Below are positions 1 to 10,152 of a stretch of 64,000 nucleotides of DNA, in pieces (the stretch's first letter is position 1; the number at the start of each line of letters is the position of its first letter). The DNA is from a virus. Its lineage: Duplodnaviria > Caudoviricetes. The stretch spans positions 64,001 through 128,000 of IMG/VR virus record IMGVR_UViG_3300033066_001295. One strand, given 5' to 3'. The notes below the pieces were generated by a model that saw only the letters and a list, made by a program, of their open reading frames with translations, did not search any database and had not been told where the DNA came from. The translations under genes were made by a program, and so were the position numbers.

Positions 1-2
1 CT

Positions 3-137
3 CACCCAGTAGCTTTCATTCCACACGTCATCTGGGACGCTATCGCCTATGGTCTCCATGGGTATGGTGCTCTGCCGATTGTGAAGATCGGCTGCAAGTT
101 CTTCAACCTTGAAGAACTTGACGACGACGAAACCTGA
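3..137 (+). CDS. 3' end of a hypothetical protein (partial, runs off window start)
   Basis: Open frame HPVAFIPHVIWDAIAYGLHGYGALPIVKIGCKFFNLEELDDDET* ends at TGA 135-137, just before a terminator. Confidence 0.55.
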   Translation, partial: HPVAFIPHVIWDAIAYGLHGYGALPIVKIGCKFFNLEELDDDET

Positions 138-157
138 CAGCTACATAACACCTCAAG

Positions 158-185
158 GCTGGCGGAGAAATCCGCCAGCTTTTTT
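158..185 (+). terminator. Rho-independent terminator
   Basis: Perfect 9-bp stem GCTGGCGGA-GAAA-TCCGCCAGC followed by T6, lying between convergent genes. Confidence 0.85.
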
Positions 186-186
186 G

Positions 187-1119
187 TTATACAGCTTTAG
201 GCTGAACAGGCTCACCCTTGGGCTTTGGTGGAGAAGGGGCAGCAAATACCTCCCGCAGCTTTCGCCCTTCGGATGACTTTTCTGGAGTCGCCCAGTCCGG
301 CATTTTGAACGGTCGTTGAGGGCTACTTGTTCTGAATGGCCTGAAAGCTTCGGATACTGATTTCATATTTTTGCTGTTATCACTCTGACCGGATTCTTGT
401 TCAAGCTCAATTTCGATCTGACCCTTAGACTTTGGAGAGGCAAGGGCAGTTGTGTCGTGCATGTCCTTGAACTGCTCCCAAAGGGAACGTCCCATAGTTT
501 CAGCCTCCTCACGACTGTTAACTGCTTCGGACTTCAGTGTCTGGTAGCGGTTATAGAACTCGCCCCTGCCATCTGGTTTGACCACCCGCTCAACACGATA
601 GACGTTGATATAGGCTGGAAAACTCACCTGAGAATTGGTAAACACCATTTCGCTGTCAGCATCACCCATGTAGGCCGTGACATCTGAGTCATAGTAGTTC
701 TCATTCAGGAAGTAGGCTACTGCTGACTCCACAGAGTCACCCATGGTGCCTTTTCTTTGGTCCATGCCACAGTTGCGGCACCGACCATAAAGAGTGCCGC
801 CTAACCTGCCAAGAGAATACACAGGACCACCACAGCCACCGCACTCCCAATCAAGGTCGTTGTCATCATCACTATAATCAAGACGTGATCGTTGCGCGTC
901 GTCAGCTTTATTGTGTGGGGGAGGCTCTGGTGGGGCATAAATAGTGCCAAGGTCACCACCCCATTCACCGACGCCTTTACCATCTGCACCAAAGGCATTG
1001 GCAATGTCTCTGTCGCCCTCAAATCTGACAGCACCAGCCTGTAGGCAAGCCCTGCGCCAAGCACCATAAGTCTGGTACTCACGCTCCCCAAGATGATTCA
1101 AACCCTCTTTAAGCTTCAT
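187..1119 (-). CDS. Multi-module hypothetical protein with a Zn ribbon (possible virion/internal protein)
   Basis: CGGC...CRNC; start moved to ATG 1119 (MKLKEG), 4 nt after GTAGTTAT; linker segments SVESAVAYFLNE, MKSVSEAF, KLREVF. Confidence 0.65.
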   Translation of the reverse strand: MKLKEGLNHLGEREYQTYGAWRRACLQAGAVRFEGDRDIANAFGADGKGVGEWGGDLGTIYAPPEPPPHNKADDAQRSRLDYSDDDNDLDWECGGCGGPVYSLGRLGGTLYGRCRNCGMDQRKGTMGDSVESAVAYFLNENYYDSDVTAYMGDADSEMVFTNSQVSFPAYINVYRVERVVKPDGRGEFYNRYQTLKSEAVNSREEAETMGRSLWEQFKDMHDTTALASPKSKGQIEIELEQESGQSDNSKNMKSVSEAFRPFRTSSPQRPFKMPDWATPEKSSEGRKLREVFAAPSPPKPKGEPVQPKAV

Positions 1120-1123
1120 GGTA

Positions 1124-1131
1124 ATAACTAC
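1124..1131 (-). promoter_or_regulatory. Candidate late promoter motif GTAnnTAT
   Basis: GTAGTTAT-TACC-ATG; same geometry at 4089, 13197 and 22142. Confidence 0.45.
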
Positions 1132-1430
1132 TTTTCGATTGGATAGTTCGCTTTCAGTTCTTTGACGTGTAGATACCTCTGGCCGTACCACACGTGACCG
1201 TTTGCGTCTTCAAAAGCGGTCCACTTGAACAAGATGGGGGAACCGTCTGGTGAAAGCTCAGGTGTTTTGAACTTGCCATTTTCCCTGTCGGCAATCGACC
1301 GGATGGCAAACTTAACCTCCTCCTTTTGAGGTTTTTCCACCTCGACTACTTTAGGTTTTGAGGCAAAGGAGCACGACATGAGAAGTACTCCGACAACTGT
1401 TAGTGCTATACCGAGAATGAACATTTTCAT
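1128..1430 (-). CDS. Putative lipoprotein
   Basis: Basic N-terminus, hydrophobic stretch, lipobox-like LMSC. Confidence 0.55.
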   Translation of the reverse strand: MKMFILGIALTVVGVLLMSCSFASKPKVVEVEKPQKEEVKFAIRSIADRENGKFKTPELSPDGSPILFKWTAFEDANGHVWYGQRYLHVKELKANYPIEK

Positions 1431-3502
1431 TAGTATGGTGTTCCGCTTATGTGACTTACGACCGCTGTTATAGTAGGTGCCCCAACAGTGCTAACGACAA
1501 ATAGATGGGACCCCGAAATAGAGCCTTCACTTCCACTATTTGGGTCGAGACTTAGTGCTGTTGTAACACTTGAGTGCCTGCCAGAAAATGAAGCTGCTAT
1601 ACCAGATGTGCCATTGCCATTAGGGCCAGAGCCTCCAGCACCTGAGTTACCATAAATGTAAACTGCGTCTGAGTGGATAAGATCAACAAGACCACCATGG
1701 CCACCGTTGCCACCAGTCGAGTTCATATCACCACTGCTTCCGCCCGTACCACCATTCACACTAATAGAGCTAGTTACACTTGACCTGATTAGGCGTACAG
1801 TCCCCCCATTGCCTGCTGCTGAACCGGTAACTTCAGAATAGCCACCTGAACCACCGTTGCTATTAATTGTTGCAACAATGCAGTTGGTGAGTGTTATATT
1901 ACCAGCGTTACCACCCGTACCTGAATTGTTATTGCCATCTGAAGCTCCGCCATTACCCGCATTACCCCGAATTGTGGCAGCGTACACTCCGTACAGGTAG
2001 ATAGCTCCAGAAGAGCTACCACTACCGGCACCGGTGTCTGCTGTTGAGGCATCTACACCTATAATTGAAATGTTAACTGAAAACACCCCAATATCACGCA
2101 CTATTATGTCACCTTGAGCTACACTTAGTATGACTGAAATTGTTGTTCTTGATGCACCTTGGCCAAGAATAGAGATGTCTATTGACCCATTGGAGAGTTG
2201 AATTCCAGAAAAGGTTCCATAACCAAGATAAAACATCCTAGCACCATCATCAAATGCTGCCTGCATTGTAGCATATGGTTTGGCAGGGTTGCCTATGGCC
2301 GCTGTGCTATCATTTCCATCAGACTCAACCCAAGCTGAATAGTTTATCCCGATTGGGGTATTGCTGTAGTCTATCAAACCCCATACGCCTCCAGCACTGC
2401 TCACCAACATCTTATTGGCAGCAGAAGGAAGACCGGGAAGGGCTAGTGCTGTGAGAGCCTTGTTACTCTCTTTAATGGTAGAGTGTATTCTGGAAGGTGT
2501 ATCACCTTCAAAAGACAAGGTAACATCCACAGTAGCAGGACCAGAAACTCTGGCTGTGTAAACTTTGACCAGAAGTCTGTCAGTTAGTGCCAAAAAATGT
2601 GAGTCTGTGTCTGTTGAAGACCACGTAAGTGGTGTAAGTGAGGTATAAGAGAAATCTTGTGAAGTGTAAGTGTTGAGCAGTGTCTCTGTTGCATTAAGTG
2701 CTCTTTTGTAAAGCTCAACTTTTATTTTAGCTACAGGATTACTTCTATCATTACCTGTAGTAGCATAAATAACCAAATCACACATACCACTAGGTATGAC
2801 CTGAACTTGTGGCTCGTCTGTATTTGTGATAAATGCGGCAGCGAGGTTAAAGTCAGTTCCTGTATTGCTCTGGGTAACACCAGATTGTACATTAGTGCTC
2901 GGGTTTGGTAGCAGAGTACCGTAGCCACCAACATCTGCTTCGTCTGTCAGGTCAAAATAAAAAGCTCTACCGCCACTCCCTATGATGTTTGTAGCCGCAC
3001 TAGACTGACGTATAGTCTGAGGACTCCAGCTTCTCACTTCCGTGACCACACCACTTACAGCCTCATAGCTAGTTGCAGGTGTCTGAGTGTTCTCTTTTGC
3101 ATTTAGCGCAAGTTGGGTGGCACTTGAGACAGGTTTATTAGCGTCTGAGGTGTTATCAACATTTCCAAGTCCAACTTGAGTCTTGGTAACTGAATGTGGG
3201 TTTGAAGTATTTCCTGTATGTGACGACAGGCTTGATGTGCTTGCCTTTAGATCAAGAGCACTCTGAGTAGCACTTGAAATTGGTTTGTTAGCATCTGAAG
3301 TATTATCAACATTTCCAAGTCCAATATCAGACTTACTGGCCATCTGCACAAGTTGTGCCGGTGTGGCTGATAGTGAGTCTGTAGGGGCAGCACCAAGTGT
3401 GGCTGGACCTACGTCAACCATGAGACGCTTGATCAAAGCGGCATCAGCAATCTGATCCGAAGTGATTGCTGTCATCTTGAATGGGTGAATGGGGTCTGGC
3501 AT
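1430..3502 (-). CDS. Tail fibre / tailspike-like structural protein
   Basis: Two copies of (I/V)GLGNVDNTSDANKP(I/V)SSATQxAL, typical of phage fibre N-termini; Gly/Ser/Asn-rich beta-helix-like C-terminus after GNPAKPYATMQAA. Confidence 0.75.
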   Translation of the reverse strand: MPDPIHPFKMTAITSDQIADAALIKRLMVDVGPATLGAAPTDSLSATPAQLVQMASKSDIGLGNVDNTSDANKPISSATQSALDLKASTSSLSSHTGNTSNPHSVTKTQVGLGNVDNTSDANKPVSSATQLALNAKENTQTPATSYEAVSGVVTEVRSWSPQTIRQSSAATNIIGSGGRAFYFDLTDEADVGGYGTLLPNPSTNVQSGVTQSNTGTDFNLAAAFITNTDEPQVQVIPSGMCDLVIYATTGNDRSNPVAKIKVELYKRALNATETLLNTYTSQDFSYTSLTPLTWSSTDTDSHFLALTDRLLVKVYTARVSGPATVDVTLSFEGDTPSRIHSTIKESNKALTALALPGLPSAANKMLVSSAGGVWGLIDYSNTPIGINYSAWVESDGNDSTAAIGNPAKPYATMQAAFDDGARMFYLGYGTFSGIQLSNGSIDISILGQGASRTTISVILSVAQGDIIVRDIGVFSVNISIIGVDASTADTGAGSGSSSGAIYLYGVYAATIRGNAGNGGASDGNNNSGTGGNAGNITLTNCIVATINSNGGSGGYSEVTGSAAGNGGTVRLIRSSVTSSISVNGGTGGSSGDMNSTGGNGGHGGLVDLIHSDAVYIYGNSGAGGSGPNGNGTSGIAASFSGRHSSVTTALSLDPNSGSEGSISGSHLFVVSTVGAPTITAVVSHISGTPY
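3098..3335 (-). repeat. Intragenic 150-bp-period repeat (2 copies)
   Basis: TTATCAACATTTCCAAGTCCAA at 3153 and 3303. Confidence 0.85.
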
Positions 3503-3503
3503 G

Positions 3504-3731
3504 TTAAGAAACTTGTGAAACGTGTGTCTGAGCTAAACGAGTTTTTGGACTCGACTGAAAAGCAACCTCAGATACAATAAAGGGGACAGTTGCTTTTATT
3601 TTTGATATAACACTTGAAGAAGATGGAAGACTTGGGAAAACAACATCACCCGCATAGACAACATAAGCCTCATTGTAGGCAATCACGTTGGCCCCACTGG
3701 CAGTGATAACGGATGTAAGTGGTGCGGCCAT
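3504..3731 (-). CDS. Small hypothetical protein in the tail module
   Basis: Translationally coupled between 3731 and 3502. Confidence 0.55.
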   Translation of the reverse strand: MAAPLTSVITASGANVIAYNEAYVVYAGDVVFPSLPSSSSVISKIKATVPFIVSEVAFQSSPKTRLAQTHVSQVS

Positions 3732-4084
3732 TAGGAATCAAAGACGGCTCCAATAATGTCAATTTGAACATTGCTGGTTCTGTAATAGTGACCTTCAAGA
3801 GCAGCCTCAACTTGAGCATAAGCTCTCAGTTTTCTGTCTATACTGACATCAGAGGTGTAGTTGCCATTGACAATCACGGCAATTTTCCCATTGGCAGCAT
3901 CTGTGAGGTCGAAAGAGGATGAGCTTACGCTACTGGTCAGACTGACAAGGGCAAGGGCGTCACTATCTGAAATATCACGTTTTACCATGACACGGGCGGT
4001 GCATCCCGTGAGGTCAATGGCACTATTTGAACGGTTGGTGAATGTAGCGGAGATCGAAAAATCCGCCCCTTGCATGACTTCCAT
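3731..4084 (-). CDS. BppU-N / tail adaptor-like Ig-fold protein
   Basis: QGADFSISATF...IDLTGCTARVMVK...GKIAV pattern; start moved to ATG 4084 after GTAATTAT-N4. Confidence 0.6.
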   Translation of the reverse strand: MEVMQGADFSISATFTNRSNSAIDLTGCTARVMVKRDISDSDALALVSLTSSVSSSSFDLTDAANGKIAVIVNGNYTSDVSIDRKLRAYAQVEAALEGHYYRTSNVQIDIIGAVFDS

Positions 4085-4088
4085 GTGA

Positions 4089-4096
4089 ATAATTAC
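4089..4096 (-). promoter_or_regulatory. Candidate late promoter motif GTAnnTAT
   Basis: GTAATTAT-TCAC-ATG heading the tail-fibre operon. Confidence 0.45.
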
Positions 4097-4129
4097 AACA
4101 TGGGCAAAAAGAAATTGTTCTCCCATCGT

Positions 4130-4157
4130 TTGACAAATGTCTCAATGCTGATATTGT
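4130..4157 (+). promoter_or_regulatory. Sigma70-type early promoter
   Basis: TTGACA-N16-TATTGT, 10 nt before ATG 4168. Confidence 0.55.
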
Positions 4158-4167
4158 TAGGGTTATT

Positions 4168-4737
4168 ATGAGCACACGAGGAGCAATCGGATTCCGCATC
4201 GACGGAGAAGACAAAATTTCATACAACCACTCGGACAGCTACCCGGACTGGCTGGGTAAATCGTTCGTCAAACAAGCCAGAAAACTGGCGAAGGTGCCAG
4301 ACCTTGCTGACAAAGTTCGCAAGCTGCAAATGGTGGACCAGAATGACACTCCAACACAGGAGCAACTGGAAAGCCTAAAGAAGGCAGGCATTGTACCAAA
4401 CCTGAACGTCGGTAATCAGTCAGAAAATGACTGGTACTGTCTCTTGAGAGACAATCAGGGTGACCTGATTCAGACGCTCAAAACTGGCATCGCTATTGAC
4501 AGCGGGCCGTTCATCGCTGACTCACTCTTCTGTGAGTATGCCTATATCATCAACCTCGACACCAGAAAAGTTGAGTTTTACAGGGGGTTTCAAGAGGCTA
4601 AACATGACTTTGGGAGGTACGGGCACTTGAAGGAGACGTATCCAAATGGTAGCACCTATTGGGGGTGCAAGCTTGTTGGCGAATTCCCTCTCGACAATAT
4701 TCCACGCAACTGGGCCAAAGTCTTTCCAAAGGAGTAG
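4168..4737 (+). CDS. Conserved-looking phage hypothetical protein
   Basis: MSTRG...YNHSDSYPDWLG...FCEYAYIINLD motif pattern. Confidence 0.7.
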   Translation: MSTRGAIGFRIDGEDKISYNHSDSYPDWLGKSFVKQARKLAKVPDLADKVRKLQMVDQNDTPTQEQLESLKKAGIVPNLNVGNQSENDWYCLLRDNQGDLIQTLKTGIAIDSGPFIADSLFCEYAYIINLDTRKVEFYRGFQEAKHDFGRYGHLKETYPNGSTYWGCKLVGEFPLDNIPRNWAKVFPKE

Positions 4738-4740
4738 CAT

Positions 4741-5019
4741 ATGTCAGATCATCCAAATATCAAATCAATCAAGGCTGTCGATAAGGTCAAAGAACTTGTT
4801 CAAAATGACCCTATCAAGGCTTTCAGTGAGGCAATAAGGCTTGTAAAAGAACTGGCGGACTCGGCGGACAAAAGAGCCATGCCAGACGACTTTACCAAGC
4901 TGGTCACCATGGGACCTGCCCTTGCAACTACCGGTTTTGTGTCACAAACTGAAGTTCTGGTTGCGCTCTACCAGCTTGGGATCAGGCATGGTCGCGCTCA
5001 AGCCGCTCCAGCAGGCTGA
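4741..5019 (+). CDS. Hypothetical protein
   Basis: ORF 3 nt after the upstream stop. Confidence 0.6.
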   Translation: MSDHPNIKSIKAVDKVKELVQNDPIKAFSEAIRLVKELADSADKRAMPDDFTKLVTMGPALATTGFVSQTEVLVALYQLGIRHGRAQAAPAG

Positions 5020-5077
5020 CATGTAAACTTTTCGGCTTTTTCTTTACACATTTCTCAAACATGTAAACAATCCCACT

Positions 5078-5299
5078 ATGTCTAAACCGATCAAGGCAAA
5101 TATCACACTTGAAGCAACCAATGGGGCACCAGCTTTAGCTGCAATGATTGCGAAGCTCCTCGAACAAGCTGGTGCTGAGGTGTCTTTTTCTGACAAGAGA
5201 ATATCAAAATTATCCCATCGAAAGGTGAATCTTCAAGGTTTGAAGGTTAATTTTGGTCGTCTTGTTTGGGCACGTGAAGAAGAAGCCGATAGGTGGTAG
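5078..5299 (+). CDS. Hypothetical protein
   Basis: ATG ORF in the co-oriented array. Confidence 0.55.
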   Translation: MSKPIKANITLEATNGAPALAAMIAKLLEQAGAEVSFSDKRISKLSHRKVNLQGLKVNFGRLVWAREEEADRW

Positions 5300-5558
5300 T
5301 TATGGGTATGGACACTACACGTGCCGGTGAATTTGAAGGTCATGACAAAGAGTGGTTTGAAGACCATCTTTGCAGGGTTGCTGACGTGTATGTAATAGTG
5401 GAACTGGCTCCCAAGCACTTTAAGCCTGTCAAGATCGACAGAGCTATGGCTCTTGAACTTGTGTCTGGACCCGGTAAAAAGTACGGTTTTGTGTCAACAG
5501 CAGAAGACTATAGGACCTCATTGCTTATTGGGGGAATTGGCATTCACCTTTACCCCAT

Positions 5559-5810
5559 ATGATCAAATGTGCTGCCATCAAGAGTGAAAATGGTGCTGTC
5601 TATTCACTCCCCACACCAAACAGGCACAGAGACATTGTCATGCACATGATCATGCGTGGAGCCGGAGCAAGCGGGGAGCAAGGTTTTCTCACAACAGATG
5701 GTTCTTTTCTCACCAGAGAGGAAGCGGCCCATGATGCCTTGAAGAGCGGTCAAATTCAGTCGTTCGATGGCTTGGTTGGTGGTGTTCTTGCTACTGAAGA
5801 CTTGTGGTAG
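5559..5810 (+). CDS. Phage hypothetical protein
   Basis: RHRDI...QGFLTTDGSFLTREEA...EDLW pattern; ATGA overlap. Confidence 0.65.
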   Translation: MIKCAAIKSENGAVYSLPTPNRHRDIVMHMIMRGAGASGEQGFLTTDGSFLTREEAAHDALKSGQIQSFDGLVGGVLATEDLW

Positions 5811-5846
5811 TTGACATGACTAAAAGCCAAGTATAGCTTTAAGCCT

Positions 5847-6104
5847 ATGTCAGAAATACCTCAACCTATCTCAATTGATTCATCACCTGCTCAAGAAGTT
5901 CATGGGGAAGTAGCTCCAGCAGCTAACCCAGAAGGATACGAAACTACACATCAGGTGGCAAAAAGACTTTTGGATGGACCTGATGTCATCATGGTTTTGG
6001 CTGCCCCTGTATTCGATTCACCGGGTGATTGCATCGCCGTGCCACTGGAAGTGAGCTACCATGAAGTGAACGGAGTAGATTGTGCTGTAGTAGCAGCCAA
6101 GTGA
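5847..6104 (+). CDS. Hypothetical protein
   Basis: Preceded by TTGACA-N17-TAGCTT-N7. Confidence 0.55.
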   Translation: MSEIPQPISIDSSPAQEVHGEVAPAANPEGYETTHQVAKRLLDGPDVIMVLAAPVFDSPGDCIAVPLEVSYHEVNGVDCAVVAAK

Positions 6105-6469
6105 CTGAAATACCAGACAGGAACGATCCAGCCTTTTGGGACTGGATGGGGGAGGCTCAAAAAGAGCATCATTCAGGTGGTGCTCCTGTCAATCCGTTAA
6201 AGGCAACTTCTTGGATCGTAAAAGCTACCATATGTGGAGTAGCTAGTAATGACGCTGCCGATATACCTAAAATGGCTATAGGTACTCCGAGGTTTAGCAT
6301 ATCAACTAAACCGCAAACACTTTCTGTGGGTGGTCTTAGAGTGTCTGTTCCGACTATCTCAACGTACGAGTTTGAAGGCTATCTGAAAGAGGATGACTTC
6401 AACAAGATAATAAAGGACCCTAAATTTCTCATAAGAAGTGCTGATTGGAAGTTATGTTGGGGCTGTTGA
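6101..6469 (+). CDS. Hypothetical protein with FWDWMG motif
   Basis: GTGA overlap start; PDRNDPAFWDWMG is shared with the 38555 ORF. Confidence 0.55.
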   Translation: MTEIPDRNDPAFWDWMGEAQKEHHSGGAPVNPLKATSWIVKATICGVASNDAADIPKMAIGTPRFSISTKPQTLSVGGLRVSVPTISTYEFEGYLKEDDFNKIIKDPKFLIRSADWKLCWGC

Positions 6470-6493
6470 CAAGAGGGCTACTTTCGTTATATT
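6466..6493 (+). promoter_or_regulatory. Sigma70-type early promoter
   Basis: TTGACA-N16-TATATT-N5-GTG(6499). Confidence 0.65.
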
Positions 6494-6498
6494 GATGG

Positions 6499-6783
6499 GT
6501 GAGTCGTCCATTCCCAGAAATCATCAAAGGCTTGCCGATACCTCCAGACCCTCTGTCTTCAAGTGATGGAAGGCGTAGAATGGTGCGTGACCCAAGACCT
6601 GAAAGCCCTTGGAAAACATACTTCAGAGACAAGGCTGAGTATGGGGACAGTTTTGAAATACCGTACGCGCAGTTTGTGACAGCACTAAAATATGCCAGAC
6701 AGTACCACTTTTCCCTCAGAAAAATCAAGACAGACAAATTCAAGGGCAGTTGTCGCCTTTGTCATGTGTGGGTAATACACTGA
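6499..6783 (+). CDS. Small basic, possibly DNA-binding, protein
   Basis: IIKGLPIP...GDSFEIP...VWV pattern. Confidence 0.5.
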   Translation: MSRPFPEIIKGLPIPPDPLSSSDGRRRMVRDPRPESPWKTYFRDKAEYGDSFEIPYAQFVTALKYARQYHFSLRKIKTDKFKGSCRLCHVWVIH

Positions 6784-6796
6784 AATTAATGAAATT

Positions 6797-7447
6797 ATGC
6801 GTACGTTTGCAATAGGTGATGTTCATGGCGAGGCTGAGATTCTTGAGCGTTTAGTCAACTACGCTCCCATTATAAAAAGCGATTTGCTGGTCACTTTAGG
6901 GGACTACATCGACAGAGGGCCTGATTCTTGTGAAGTAATCAACTACCTGATAAACTATCCGGGAAAGTTGAAAGCTTTGAAAGGCAACCATGAAGAGATG
7001 ATGCTCCTTGCTCGAAGTACACGAGAGGCTTTACCAATCTGGATGGCTAACGGGGGTGGTAAAACACTCGACTCGTACCATGCTGCCTCTTTCAAGGACA
7101 TCCCGGATGATCACTGGAAGTTTCTGGAAGGGTGTAAAGACTACTATGATAGTGGCAGTTTCTTCTGTGTTCATGCTTGGGCTAACCCAGACAAGAGCTT
7201 GGATGATCAAGACTGGAATACAGCCCGGTGGTGTCATTTAGACCACTGGATGAAGCCCAATAATCGGCTCATGGTGTGTGGTCACACGCCACAATTTGAT
7301 GGTCGTCCTTTCTTTGACAAGGAAAGGAACATTGCCTGTATTGACACGGGTGGTTTCAAAACCGGGTGGATCACCTGCCTTGAACCTGAAACTGGTCATT
7401 ACTGGCAGGCCAGCAAGACTGATCTTCGAGAAGGTGATTTGTATTGA
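6797..7447 (+). CDS. Ser/Thr protein phosphatase (PPP / lambda-phosphatase-like metallophosphoesterase)
   Basis: GDVHG, LGDYIDRGPDS, KGNHE, VHA, CGHTP and IDTG motifs. Confidence 0.92.
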   Translation: MRTFAIGDVHGEAEILERLVNYAPIIKSDLLVTLGDYIDRGPDSCEVINYLINYPGKLKALKGNHEEMMLLARSTREALPIWMANGGGKTLDSYHAASFKDIPDDHWKFLEGCKDYYDSGSFFCVHAWANPDKSLDDQDWNTARWCHLDHWMKPNNRLMVCGHTPQFDGRPFFDKERNIACIDTGGFKTGWITCLEPETGHYWQASKTDLREGDLY

Positions 7448-7471
7448 CAAAACACTGACTTTCGATATAGT
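7444..7471 (+). promoter_or_regulatory. Early promoter (conserved-spacer class)
   Basis: TTGACAAAACACTGACTTTCGATATAGT-N6-ATG(7478); first 26 nt identical to the copy at 32105(-). Confidence 0.75.
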
Positions 7472-7477
7472 TACTGT

Positions 7478-7804
7478 ATGGACCATCTCCATCTAATCAC
7501 AGTAATTGCCGTCTTCGCCCTAGTGTGTGTAGCCCTTATCTTCTTCGTTATCAATGACATCAAAGGTCAGAGAAAAGAGAACGAGGTCTTCTGGTCCTTC
7601 ATGGACACAATCAGCAACAGGGCAAAAGCAGCTACTTCCTCTGAAGAGCTTTTTGAACTTCGGCGTGAACTGAAGGAGTATTGTGCTGAAAACAAGGTGC
7701 TTGCATACCGGCTCTTTAGCTCAGTTCAGAGAGTTCAAGATGTTATTTTTGACTGCCATGAAGAGCTTGTCAGGGAGGAACAGCAGCCCAGCACATCAGC
7801 ATGA
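7478..7804 (+). CDS. Membrane-anchored hypothetical protein
   Basis: N-terminal TM segment. Confidence 0.6.
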   Translation: MDHLHLITVIAVFALVCVALIFFVINDIKGQRKENEVFWSFMDTISNRAKAATSSEELFELRRELKEYCAENKVLAYRLFSSVQRVQDVIFDCHEELVREEQQPSTSA

Positions 7805-8160
7805 TAACAAAACTTTTTGAAGTAAGAGACGTGGCTACCTTTATCCCGGTTATGGCCGTGAGAATGAAGGCAAAAGTGCCAATATACTTCTACATGAAAG
7901 AGAGCAAGGCTGAAGAGTATCTTCTCAGACGTTCCGGGTTCTGGGGTGAGACAGGGTCAAACTTGGTTGGCCTAGCCATGCTTAGCGGTGAGGAAAGCCA
8001 CATGAACTTTGTCCCACATCTTTGGGAGGGCAGAACCATGACTACAGCCCACAAGTACATTGCTGAACACTTTGATGATCTTGAGTCAGGTAGTGTGATT
8101 GATGTCGAATTTATCCTTGGAGAGTCCGCTACTAAGAAAGTGAGTGAAAGACTAGCATGA
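7801..8160 (+). CDS. Hypothetical protein
   Basis: ATGA-coupled. Confidence 0.65.
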   Translation: MITKLFEVRDVATFIPVMAVRMKAKVPIYFYMKESKAEEYLLRRSGFWGETGSNLVGLAMLSGEESHMNFVPHLWEGRTMTTAHKYIAEHFDDLESGSVIDVEFILGESATKKVSERLA

Positions 8161-8645
8161 CACCCACCTCTTTTCAGGATCAACTCAGACAGGTTTCAGC
8201 CATGGTTGACACAATGCGTGCCGACTGCCAGTGGAAGCTGAAATCCATTAATGCCCTTATCTTGAGGTATGGTCGTCAGATGGTCATTTCAAAAAAGACC
8301 AAGTTGAGCAGTGACACACCTAAGCTGTGCTACCAGAATGCTTATCGGGCTGCCTGTGAGAACTCGAACCTGTTTTACTGTGAGGGCTATGTCAGTTTCA
8401 TGGGCATCCCAATCAACCATGCGTGGGTGGTGGACAAGGACGGCAATGGTTTTGAGCCTACGCTGAAATTCAAAAAAGGTGAATCACTGGAATACTTCGG
8501 CGTCACCTTTACCACTCCGTTCATCCTTGAGGAGAGTCTCAAATCAGGCCACTATGGTGTCTTTGGTGACATGCTCAAGCCTTGGCAGGTGGAATGGCTG
8601 AAGAGCGGAGAACTACCTGAAAACGCATTGTATCAATTCAAATGA
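8157..8645 (+). CDS. Papain/transglutaminase-fold-like phage protein
   Basis: CYQNA...YCEGY...HAWVVD (Cys/His pair). Confidence 0.55.
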   Translation: MTPTSFQDQLRQVSAMVDTMRADCQWKLKSINALILRYGRQMVISKKTKLSSDTPKLCYQNAYRAACENSNLFYCEGYVSFMGIPINHAWVVDKDGNGFEPTLKFKKGESLEYFGVTFTTPFILEESLKSGHYGVFGDMLKPWQVEWLKSGELPENALYQFK

Positions 8646-8819
8646 AAAAGCTTCCACACGAAAGAGTTGGCTTACCAGAGTTGGCATATAACATTTACTT
8701 TGGGCAAGGCTACAGAGAGGGGTTAAAGCCTCTTAGAGATTGTTTTCATAGGTACACCCGTGGCACCAAAGAACACAAAGCTTGGTCTGCTGGTCGTCGT
8801 GCCTCTAAACGTGGCTAAA

Positions 8820-10110
8820 ATGAAACTCATCCCATCCAAGGACATTCCTGAATATGGCTATTTTAACTGCCTGTCTTCTGAAGATGGTAAGGTGATCATG
8901 GGCATCTCTGTCGTCATCTTCGGCTACAGGGTGGTTGGTTATTGTAAAGGTGATTGTGGACCCCGAGTAAACTGGTGTGGAGGTGACAACCAGCTAAACG
9001 TAGAACGTCTTTTCTCCATGCTGAAAGCCATTCTGGAGAAGCGTGACACAACGGGTAACCCATTTGAAGGCCTGCCTATAGCTTCGGAAGTAAAACCCTT
9101 CTTCCTTGATGAAAAATTTGTCCGAGAGGTAGGCAACAAAGCAGGCGACTTCGCACTTGAAAAGGTGGCACCTCTGTCAGAGATTAGGGAACGCTACTGG
9201 AGGGCATCTGAGAAATGGGCGGCATAGAGTCAGACTACCCTTACTACTGGGAAGCTGTCATCATTTCACGTGATAACAGGGGGACCTTAGTGGAGTGGCA
9301 TGATGGTGAGAGGGAACGTCTCAAGGGTTATCTTGACATACCACTTCGATTCTTGGCCAACGGCACAAATGTCGGGGTGAGAGTAAAACTCGGCCAGCAA
9401 GGTAAGGTGACTGAACTCTGGCATGAAGTGAAAATCCTAAACCCTGAAGCCACGAAAGAATTTTGGAGGAAAACAAATGAGCAAACAAATCAAACCGGGC
9501 AGCAGGCCGAACAACCTTAAAGCCCTCGAATACATCATTGACACCCTTATGGAAGGCGTGCCGGAAGCACATCAACTTGCCATTGACTTTGGTAGGAGAA
9601 AACTTGCCATGAAGCTTCAAAAAGGCATCAAGGCCTATGAAGCATGGGCTGCTGAGGGGGCTGAAGCATGGGGAAGCCGATGAATACTCCAAAGAAAAGA
9701 AAAAAAGAGGACATTGCCAAGCTCGAAGCACTGGCAAGTGGCACTGGCTATGACAACGCAGCACTAGGCTTAGCCTATCTGAGATTCCAGCAGTTGCTGA
9801 CATTCAACCTGACTACCTATGCTATTCTTGAGCGGAGAAAGCTTGAAGGTGAGAATGTGAATGACATACTTGACGATATGATCCTTGCTGCCAACAAATG
9901 AAAGCTTCACTCACACTCAACTTTGAAGATGGCTCACAGACGGTGCTGACGTTGTCCAAGGCTATTGAGATCAACACGCTGCCACAGACAAAACAAAGTT
10001 TGTGTTTCAACCAGACCAGCAAGGGTGACTGGGTGATGTCATTCACAAAAGCGATGTTTGAGGGGAAGAAGATCAAGACCATCTCAATGAAAAAAACCGG
10101 AGAAGTGTAA
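8820..10110 (+). other. Run of overlapping small hypothetical CDSs (8820-9227, 9215-9520, 9477-9683, 9680-9901, 9898-10110)
   Basis: Tightly overlapped co-oriented ORFs with no recognisable motifs. Confidence 0.55.
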
Positions 10111-10152
10111 AGGACGCTAGTTGTACTTTGTCGGGTGTAAGTATCTTCCGCT